From Candidatus Kuenenia stuttgartensis (GTDB lineage Bacteria > Planctomycetota > Brocadiia > Brocadiales > Brocadiaceae), in assembly GCF_900232105.1 (NCBI RefSeq), contig NZ_LT934425.1, forward strand, positions 3,150,001 through 3,182,000: a stretch of DNA of 32,000 nt, in the 5' to 3' direction. The position numbers were made by a program, and so were the translations under genes. Every line of letters begins with the position of its first letter. Within the stretch, counting starts at the first letter, position 1. Below, piece by piece: positions 8,394 to 15,358 of the stretch. The notes below the pieces were generated by a model. That model made no database searches, was not told where the DNA came from, and saw only the letters and a program-made list of their open reading frames with translations.

Positions 8394-8864
8394 ATGGAAG
8401 ATAAAAAAGAAGATATAGACCTTAAACTCATAAAATATACCCAGGAAGGCCTGCCGGTTACGAAGACGCCATATAAGGATATTGGCATTGCCATAGGGAT
8501 ATCAGAAGAAGAGGTAATCCAACGGCTGAAAAATCTTTTGGAAACTGGAAAGATCCGAAGGCTTGCGGCGTCAATTGCCCATCGCAAGATAGGCATCAAT
8601 GCAAATGCCATGTGCGTGTGGAAGGTTTCTGACGAACGGGTGGATGAGGTAGGTAAGATTATGGCAAAATTCGAAGAGGTAACCCACTGTTATGAACGCC
8701 CTACGTATTCAGATTGGGAATATAATGTTTTCACTATGATACATGGGTATACCGATGAAGAATGTGAAGCCGTAATCGCGGCGATAAAGAAACAGACAGG
8801 GTTAAACGATTGTGTTATTTTGTATAGCGAGAAAGAGTTTAAAAAAGTAGGGGTGCGGATATAG
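8394..8864 (+). CDS. ahbB: Siroheme decarboxylase subunit, AsnC/Lrp-like (AhbB/NirGH family)
   Basis: 156 aa paralogue of the previous gene. DLKLIKYTQEGLPVTKTPYKDIGIAIGISEEEVIQRLKNLLETGKIRRLAASI and VTHCYERP. It starts 5 nt after the ahbA-like stop. Confidence 0.75.
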   Translation: MEDKKEDIDLKLIKYTQEGLPVTKTPYKDIGIAIGISEEEVIQRLKNLLETGKIRRLAASIAHRKIGINANAMCVWKVSDERVDEVGKIMAKFEEVTHCYERPTYSDWEYNVFTMIHGYTDEECEAVIAAIKKQTGLNDCVILYSEKEFKKVGVRI

Positions 8865-8906
8865 CAAATTCCAGCTAAGCTGGCATAGCCAGAACCAAAC
8901 AATTGC

Positions 8907-9140
8907 GAGATAAAAAATCCGAAATCCGAAACAAATTCGAATCACAAAGCATAAAATTCAAAACAAATACAAAACATCCCCGTCTGCATGCGATCACTCA
9001 CTCACTCACTCACTCACTCACATGCAGGCAACAACATGAAACGCGTTTAGAATTTTAAATCATTTTGTAATTAGCATTTGTTTCGGATTTCGCCATTAAA
9101 TATTTTGACGAAAAATGCAAATAAATTACTGCTAATATGC
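8907..9140 (-). repeat. Family-A composite element, copy A3 (inverted relative to A2, carries an extra insert)
   Basis: The reverse complement reads gcatattagcagtaatttatttgcatttttcgtcaaaatatttaatggcgaaatccgaaacaaatgc ... gatgttttgtatttgttttgaattttatgctttgtgattcgaatttgtttcggatttcgg, collinear with A2. Internal inverted termini are gaaatccgaaacaaat (about 8919-8934) and atttgtttcggatttc (about 9077-9092). Confidence 0.8.
8994..9021. repeat. Tetranucleotide microsatellite (TCAC)x7
   Basis: Seven uninterrupted TCAC units, bracketed by the 7-bp inverted repeat CTGCATG (8984-8990) and CATGCAG (9021-9027). Confidence 0.95.
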
Positions 9141-9178
9141 TAAATACCCGCCGTGTGCTGTTGTTCCTCGCCCTTTAT

Positions 9179-10216
9179 TTATTCTATTATCCCGTCCTGT
9201 ATGCGGAACTGAGAATTAAGGCGCGGACGGGAAATGAGTTTTCCCGTGTAGGTAATGGTATCTCCCTGTGAAATATTCATAACTTTCTGATACATCTTCC
9301 AATGAAAAACTACAACAACATCTGCCTTTTCTTCGTCACCTTGATGGCTGATTCCAACACGGTTCCAATCTACACGCCCTGCTCCTTTATGCACAACCGT
9401 GCCATTCCATCGAATGTACCTGCCATTGTATTCTTTCCATTGCGCCTTTTTTTCAGCACCTGAGAGGGCGCTTTCTTTACCAAATAATTTGTTTAATTCC
9501 CCGAAGGAGACATCTATATATTTTTTTTGAGTCAGGCCGTTCTCCATTTCAGTTGGTGGTGTAACGGAGATTTTTGTTTTTCCATCATGGCCGGAATTTT
9601 TTTGGGTGAGACTTTCGCCATCTTTTGTTAATGAAGAGGGGAGGGAAATGGGAAGGATGTTTGCTTCCTCCTGTTCTTTCCGGACAATGAAATTTGCCGC
9701 ATTATCTCCTTCCGTAAATAATGTGTAAAACGTGTTTTTATAGCTAAGTGCTTTCTCTTTATTGTAGTGGAAGGAAACATAATCGTGAATGTTTCTGTTC
9801 CGGTATGCCATCCAATTGTAAACGCCTGTAATCAATATCCTGTCGTCAAGTATAACAAAATCCTGGTGTATGCTGTTGCCGTGGTTTTTGTTTGGCGATT
9901 TTATCACGCGAACATCAAATCCCTTTTGTATTAATGCCGTTGCCAACAGGCCTTTTGAGATGTCCTTCCCGTGCATGATGACAGCGACTCTTATACGAAC
10001 ACCCCTTGTTTTTGCGTTTACTAAAGATTCTTCAATGTCCAATGAGGCAAAATCATAGATACATATATCCACGCTGTGTTGTGTATAGTGCAGCGCATCT
10101 TTTACCCTGTCTCTGATGGTGTTACCTGTAATTTGAGTTGAATGTTCGGCATAGATAAATCCGGGCACACACCATTGTACAAAGATTGATATTATGAATA
10201 ACCGTAGTGCGTTCAT
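9179..10216 (-). CDS. Secreted PLD/Nuc-like domain protein with degenerate HKD motif plus unknown C-terminal domain
   Basis: 345 aa with signal peptide MNALRLFIISIFVQWCVPGFIYA. The N-terminal half aligns from memory to Nuc-type PLD nucleases. The motif reads IHQDFVILDDRILITGVYNW, that is H-x-D...G-V-x-N instead of H-x-K...G-S-x-N. The start overlaps the upstream stop as ATGA. Confidence 0.6.
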   Translation of the reverse strand: MNALRLFIISIFVQWCVPGFIYAEHSTQITGNTIRDRVKDALHYTQHSVDICIYDFASLDIEESLVNAKTRGVRIRVAVIMHGKDISKGLLATALIQKGFDVRVIKSPNKNHGNSIHQDFVILDDRILITGVYNWMAYRNRNIHDYVSFHYNKEKALSYKNTFYTLFTEGDNAANFIVRKEQEEANILPISLPSSLTKDGESLTQKNSGHDGKTKISVTPPTEMENGLTQKKYIDVSFGELNKLFGKESALSGAEKKAQWKEYNGRYIRWNGTVVHKGAGRVDWNRVGISHQGDEEKADVVVVFHWKMYQKVMNISQGDTITYTGKLISRPRLNSQFRIQDGIIE

Positions 10217-11088
10217 TTGTTTTGTATGTGATTTAAAAATGCTTTTGGCAAATTATCCAGAATATCCGTAGCGGTCATAGATATTTCACCCACTGCCTGT
10301 TTTGCATAATCTCCAGCAGTACCGTGTAAATACACTCCCAGTTGCGCCGCTTCAAAAGGCGGAAAGTTTTGTCCGAGCAACGCGGCTATCATGCCGGTTA
10401 ATATATCTCCAGAACCGGCGGTAGCCATTCCCGGATTACCGGTGGTATTGACATAATATTTTTCGTTATTCATAACAATAGTGTTGTTGCCTTTTAAAAC
10501 CAGCGTCACCTTGTCTCTTGAGTTTATGAATTTTTCGGCAATTTCTTTGCGTTTTGATTGTATTTCTTTGGTGGTATATACCTTTAAAAGGCGTGCCATC
10601 TCTTGGGGATGCGGGGTAAGTATAACGTGCTGTTTTATTTTATCCAGGGTTGCCGTATCTTCGGCAAGGGCATTAATACCGTCAGCGTCCAGTACGATAG
10701 GTCGTTCAATATTTTGCAGCAGCCACAGCACGAGCCTTTTTGTTTCCACACACTGCGATAACCCTGGTCCAATGGCAACTACATCAAAACGTTGTGAAAA
10801 GTCAAGGATATCCTGCCTTCCCATATCTGAAAGGGTTTTCAAATGGGTTTCAGGCAGCGGATGAGTCATAACGCAGGTTAACTTCGTCGCGACAATTCCA
10901 TGCAGGCTTTCAGGTATCCCCAGAGTTACAAGACCTGCGCCGGAGCGTAATGCCGCTTCGCTGCACAGGCATGCCGCCCCCGTCATACCATAAGAACCGG
11001 CAATGACTAGCACCCGGCCAAAGTCCCCTTTGTGACTGTCAGGTTTTCTGGGAGGTATTTTTAGTATACTGTTAATCTGTTGCATCAT
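10213..11088 (-). CDS. nnrD: ADP/ATP-dependent NAD(P)H-hydrate dehydratase (YjeF C-terminal type)
   Basis: 291 aa. HKGDFGRVLVIAGSYGMTGAACLCSEAALRSGAGLVT and GNPGMATAGSGDILTGMIAALLGQ are the family signatures. Confidence 0.9.
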   Translation of the reverse strand: MMQQINSILKIPPRKPDSHKGDFGRVLVIAGSYGMTGAACLCSEAALRSGAGLVTLGIPESLHGIVATKLTCVMTHPLPETHLKTLSDMGRQDILDFSQRFDVVAIGPGLSQCVETKRLVLWLLQNIERPIVLDADGINALAEDTATLDKIKQHVILTPHPQEMARLLKVYTTKEIQSKRKEIAEKFINSRDKVTLVLKGNNTIVMNNEKYYVNTTGNPGMATAGSGDILTGMIAALLGQNFPPFEAAQLGVYLHGTAGDYAKQAVGEISMTATDILDNLPKAFLNHIQNK

Positions 11089-11094
11089 ATATTT

Positions 11095-11164
11095 CTGCAG
11101 TCATCAATCTGCAATCTGCCGACTGCTACGCGGTATAATAGAAAATTCCAAGTCCTTAATATCA
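11095..11164 (-). repeat. Family-B element, copy B2
   Basis: ctgcagtcatcaatctgcaatctgccgactgctacgcggtataatagaaaattccaagtccttaatatc matches the non-array part of B1. It fills essentially the whole larB-to-nnrD spacer. Confidence 0.85.
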
Positions 11165-11920
11165 TTACTCTTTCCTTTTGCTGTTAATCAGCGAGGCGAC
11201 ACATGCAGCGCCAAAACCATTATCAATATTTACCACTGCAACACCGGAGGCACAACTGTTCAACATTGATAAAAGAGGGGCGATGCCATTGAAACTTGCT
11301 CCATAGCCAATACTTGTGGGAACACCAATGACAGGGCAATCTACAAGCCCTCCCACTACGCTTGCAAGGGCGCCTTCCATTCCTGCAACGACAATGATAA
11401 CGTTGGCCTTTAGCAACTCTCCGTGGTTTTTCATTAGCCGGTGAATGCCCGCAACGCCGACGTCATATAACGTTTCCACTCTATTGCCCATAAATTCTGC
11501 AGTAATTCTTGCTTCTTCCGCCACCGGAATATCAGAGGTGCCGGCGGAAACGACCATGATGAGTCCTTCGTTTGTATTTTCATGCGTTTTGCGCAGGGTA
11601 ATTGTCTTTGCCTGTTCATGGTACACAGCTTCAGGGAATTTTTCGGAGACAGCGTAATAAACCTCTGCACTTGCCCTCGTTGCCAGCATGTCTTGTCCGC
11701 TTTCGACAATATGCTCTACAATCTTTACCACCTGTTCAGGCGTTTTCCCCATGCAAAAGATTACTTCAGGATAACCACAACGAATTTTCCGGTGAATGTC
11801 TATCTTCGCAAAGCCAATGTCCTTGTAAGGAAGTTCTCTTATTTTATCAAGAACATCGTTTAAGGGTATTTTATCTTTTTTATAATTTTCCAGTAATTGC
11901 TGTATGTTGTCAATGTCCAT
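11165..11920 (-). CDS. larB: Nickel-pincer cofactor biosynthesis protein LarB (PurE/AIR-carboxylase-like)
   Basis: 251 aa. FAKIDIHRKIRCGYPEVIFCMGKTPEQV, VSAGTSDIPVAEEA and VVAGMEGALASVVGGLVDCPVIGVPTSIGYG match the LarB family as I remember it. Confidence 0.88.
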   Translation of the reverse strand: MDIDNIQQLLENYKKDKIPLNDVLDKIRELPYKDIGFAKIDIHRKIRCGYPEVIFCMGKTPEQVVKIVEHIVESGQDMLATRASAEVYYAVSEKFPEAVYHEQAKTITLRKTHENTNEGLIMVVSAGTSDIPVAEEARITAEFMGNRVETLYDVGVAGIHRLMKNHGELLKANVIIVVAGMEGALASVVGGLVDCPVIGVPTSIGYGASFNGIAPLLSMLNSCASGVAVVNIDNGFGAACVASLINSKRKE

Positions 11921-11969
11921 ATAAATATTCTCTTATCCCTTTGTTTAAGCTAGCCATTCCGGCATAAGT

Positions 11970-13854
11970 AGTGTCTGAACGAAAACTATCTTTTTTATGC
12001 AAGATTCTTTCTCTGAGCAAATTTAAATTTTTTTAAATTGCCCCTTTTTCAACTTTTTCTTCTACGCTTTAATCTATGATACGGTTGTTTTATTCATTTC
12101 CCTCGTTTTTACCATCTTTTCATGTTCTCCGGACATACTATCCCTCATGGATTTTTATTCGAGAGTGTTTTTACGCTGCCTTACGTACTGTTTCTTTTTC
12201 TTCCCGGACTTTCTTCTGCAATATACTCCCCATCGTGTGCAAATTTGCCGCCAGCACTCCTAATGCGCAGTATCTTTTAAATCCTTCTATCCCTTTGTCT
12301 AAGCATCTGTCCAGCCCATGATGTTCTAACCGGTTAATATCTGACTCCACCGCTGAGTGCTTGTGCCTGAGTTTTTTAAATGTACTCTCCGATTCTTCTT
12401 CTGTCTCCGCCTTATTCCTTTTTCCTTTCTTCGGTATGATCACTTTCGGTATATAAAGACTTATCAGTTCCTTGTATTCCTTCTTGTAAAAACCCTTGTC
12501 TGCACTTATACTTTCTATCTCTTCTTCACCAAACAAATTTAATAGCTTGTCTGCTAACGGCAGAATTAACGCCACATCTGCTTCTTTTTCCACTACTTGG
12601 TGATATCCGATAAACCCCCATTGGTCACTTGCTATCACCAGATTGTGGCCTAATTCCACCCTCTTATTCGCCTTCCCTTTACTCAACCATTCTGTGTGTG
12701 GTTCAAACAGTGAATATACCTTTTCCCCTACCGGTATTTGCTCTTCCTTGATAATTCTCCTCTCTACCAAATCTCTGTGCTTCTCCAGCATCTGATAAAA
12801 ATATTCCATCGACTCCAATGCCTCTTTCTGCATTTCTTCCGCACCCGTTGTTAATATTTTTTCGTACACCGCTATTATGCTCGCACCTATCTTCTCACTT
12901 AATCTCTTTGCTAATCCAAGATACTCTTTTACTTGCTTCTTAACCGCCTCCTCTTTCTTGTTTCCACCACCACTTGCCGCTTTCGAACTACTCCTCATCA
13001 GACTCTTTAGCTCTTTCCTCCAATTCTTTACCTTTCTCCATCCTTTCCCGTTCAATACCCCTCCCTCTATAAATGCCTCTATCCCATCAAGGCACTTCCT
13101 ACCCGCATCCCACAGCAAATTCATGTCCGTAGGAAAATGTACGTTTGTCTCCACCACATACGTATCCGTCTTTATGCGGAGCTTCTCCTCCCGTCCGTTC
13201 TTTGCCAGCCTCTGGCCTGCCTTTACCACCACATCATTAATCTTCCCCAACGTCTCCTCATCGAGCAATCTTACGTTATCCTTGATGCTTTGCAGCGAAT
13301 ACTTCTTACCCCTCCCAAATACGGTATCTACTCCCATTATCTGACGAATCAGACTATGGTGATTCACCATATCTTCCAACCTGTCATAATCCGCATCTAA
13401 TCCCAATCTCACCACTCCTATTACCATTATCTGCCATAACTCCATACCATTACGCCCTGTCTCTTTCTTCCCACCCTTTACCTTTGCTTCCAATACCCTG
13501 AATACTTCCTCTCGTAATTCCTCTGTAACAAATATGTATTGTAATGCCCTCAAAATCGGCGCTAACTCATCCCTGCTCTTTTCGGGAATTTCTACCTCTG
13601 ATATTGGTGTGCTTCCAAGTCTCCTTTGCGGCTCGAATCTTTTTCTCATGGCGTGGCAGTTCTCCTTTTGATGACTCTGTTTTTCTGATGTTTTGGGCGA
13701 ATGTTTGTCTCTTTTCACCCCTTGGTACCCTCGCTTCCCTTATTCTACGCCCTAAGTTTAACATCTACTCACTATACTTTCAACCCTTCATGCAGATACT
13801 TTCAACCTCCTTTACCACGTATTTCAAGGCTTACAGCGTTTTCGTTCAGACACT
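11970..13854 (-). mobile_element. Intact IS element (1885 bp) with 17-bp perfect terminal inverted repeats and 4-bp target duplication
   Basis: IRs are AGTGTCTGAACGAAAAC at 11970-11986 and its exact reverse complement at 13838-13854. AAGT is directly repeated at 11966-11969 and 13855-13858. One transposase ORF lies inside. Confidence 0.9.
12171..13718 (-). CDS. DDE transposase (IS5/IS1182-like C-terminus; resembles proteins I recall annotated as ISNCY family)
   Basis: 515 aa; a likelier start is M24 at 13649 (MRKRFEPQRRLGSTPISEVEIPEKSRDELAPILRALQYIF). The C-terminus ISADKGFYKKEY ... RHKHSAVESDINRLEHHGLDRCLDKGIEGFKRY is DDE_Tnp_1-like. The family assignment is uncertain. Confidence 0.8.
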   Translation of the reverse strand: MKRDKHSPKTSEKQSHQKENCHAMRKRFEPQRRLGSTPISEVEIPEKSRDELAPILRALQYIFVTEELREEVFRVLEAKVKGGKKETGRNGMELWQIMVIGVVRLGLDADYDRLEDMVNHHSLIRQIMGVDTVFGRGKKYSLQSIKDNVRLLDEETLGKINDVVVKAGQRLAKNGREEKLRIKTDTYVVETNVHFPTDMNLLWDAGRKCLDGIEAFIEGGVLNGKGWRKVKNWRKELKSLMRSSSKAASGGGNKKEEAVKKQVKEYLGLAKRLSEKIGASIIAVYEKILTTGAEEMQKEALESMEYFYQMLEKHRDLVERRIIKEEQIPVGEKVYSLFEPHTEWLSKGKANKRVELGHNLVIASDQWGFIGYHQVVEKEADVALILPLADKLLNLFGEEEIESISADKGFYKKEYKELISLYIPKVIIPKKGKRNKAETEEESESTFKKLRHKHSAVESDINRLEHHGLDRCLDKGIEGFKRYCALGVLAANLHTMGSILQKKVREEKETVRKAA

Positions 13855-13939
13855 AAGTATGAAAGCAATTGCCAGAAGGTTCAATGAATTTCATAAATCT
13901 TTTTGTCTGTTAAATAAATGTATGAATAAAAACCAGGAC

Positions 13940-14950
13940 TCACGAAGGATTGGCTTCCATGCGCAGGTCTGAAATATTGCCTTCTGAATATTTCCAATAA
14001 GCTAGTCCCGCCACCATAGCGGCGTTGTCAGTACAAAGTTCTCTGGAAGGACAATACACGGGTAAACGTATTTCGCGCGATATTTCCTGGAATTTTTCCC
14101 TCAACCGTGAATTTGCCGCAACCCCTCCGCCAATTAATATGCTCCGGGCGTGATGTATTTTTGATGCAGCCACTGTTTTATGAACAAGCACATCAATAAC
14201 TGCTTCCTGAAAACTTGCGGATATGTCGGCAATATCCATGGTGTTTTTTAATGATGTTTGTGACCGATTTTGGTCCTGTCCCTTAACATGATATAATACA
14301 GCAGTTTTCAGTCCGCTAAAACTAAAATCGAGGGAATCTTTCCCCAGATATGCCCTTGGGAATGGTATCGCTTTGCGGTTGCCTTGTTTTGCCAATTGGT
14401 CAATTACAGACCCCCCGGGATACCCAAGACCCAAAATTTTAGCCACTTTATCAAACGCCTCTCCTGCGGCGTCGTCAATGGTTTCCCCCAATACGACATG
14501 TTGCGTTTCCCTTTCCGACAAAAACAATGTGGTATGTCCCCCTGAAACAACAAGACTTACCGCAGGGTAGGGAATTGCATCATGCTCCAGATTGTTTGCG
14601 TATATGTGGGCATGCAGATGATGAACGGCAATGAGGGGAATGTTGAACGCCATGCTTAACGTCTTTGCCGCAGTGACGCCAATTAACAGCGAGCCAATTA
14701 ATCCCGGAGAATTTACCACGGCAATGGCATCGATATCGGTACATTTTACCTCTGCTTCCGTAATGGCACAGTGAATAATTCCGATAATGGATTCAAGATG
14801 CGCACGGCATGCAATTTCAGGTACTACGCCACCGAACGGACGGTGAAGTTTGTCCTGGGAGAAAATTACATTCGATACGATTTCCCTGCCATTTCTCACT
14901 ATTGCAACAGACGTCTCGTCACACGAGGTTTCGATTCCAAGAATAAGCAT
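13940..14950 (-). CDS. tsaD: tRNA N6-adenosine threonylcarbamoyltransferase TsaD
   Basis: 336 aa. MLILGIETSCDETSVAIV, AVHHLHAHI, VSGGHTTL and GYPGGSVID are Kae1/TsaD signatures. Confidence 0.93.
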   Translation of the reverse strand: MLILGIETSCDETSVAIVRNGREIVSNVIFSQDKLHRPFGGVVPEIACRAHLESIIGIIHCAITEAEVKCTDIDAIAVVNSPGLIGSLLIGVTAAKTLSMAFNIPLIAVHHLHAHIYANNLEHDAIPYPAVSLVVSGGHTTLFLSERETQHVVLGETIDDAAGEAFDKVAKILGLGYPGGSVIDQLAKQGNRKAIPFPRAYLGKDSLDFSFSGLKTAVLYHVKGQDQNRSQTSLKNTMDIADISASFQEAVIDVLVHKTVAASKIHHARSILIGGGVAANSRLREKFQEISREIRLPVYCPSRELCTDNAAMVAGLAYWKYSEGNISDLRMEANPS

Positions 14951-15031
14951 TTTACAAAAAAAGGGTAACAGTTCAGATTTTTGAAAAAGTCAGGAAACAT
15001 AAAAAAACAATGCAGCCCCCGCCAGTGATGA

Positions 15032-15358
15032 TTTGTTTGTAGCCCAATAAAATTCAATGCTGTTATGACATTGTGTTCTGCTGCAAACAGGTTGCTCCTT
15101 CAGAGCTTATAGCCTGGCAAGGTTGGGTTGAGGCAAGAAACCCGATCTAATTTAATGTAACACTTTAGTTTTTTGAAAAATGTACTACCTATAAGCTCCG
15201 TAGGAGCAGCCTGTTTGTAGCAAAATAGGATATTATAACAGAGATTAGCTCTGTTACGAGCGACCTGTCTTTTGTAAATCCATATAAACAGGTCTACCTG
15301 AATACGGACAGGCCGCTCCTACGGAGCTATTTACCTTATTGAATTTTATTGCGCTACA
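15032..15358. repeat. Cluster of REP-like units in alternating orientation (family C), left part
   Basis: Units resembling gctacaaacaggctgctcctacggagcttat lie at 15080-15114 (+), 15189-15221 (-), about 15245-15278 (-, degenerate) and about 15308-15333 (+). The outer inverted pair is tgtttgtagcccaataaaattcaat (15036-15058) and attgaattttattgcgctaca (15338-15358). The family-C head tgtaacactttagttttttgaaaaa is at 15156-15180. Confidence 0.85.

Noticed and set aside
8994-9021. (TCAC)x7 as a contingency-locus phase switch
   Set aside because: It lies between two convergent 3' ends, not in a reading frame or a promoter spacer. I kept it only as a possible length-variable tract.
12076-13972. Several plus-strand ORFs of 61-155 aa inside and beside the first IS element
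   Set aside because: They are antisense shadows of the transposase gene, with low-complexity Ser/Phe/Leu-rich translations.
15032-15358. Possible CRISPR array, given the repeated units of about 30 nt
   Set aside because: The units alternate in orientation and are degenerate. The intervening segments are unequal and themselves repeated. There is no leader and no cas gene. The pattern fits REP/BIME-like elements better.
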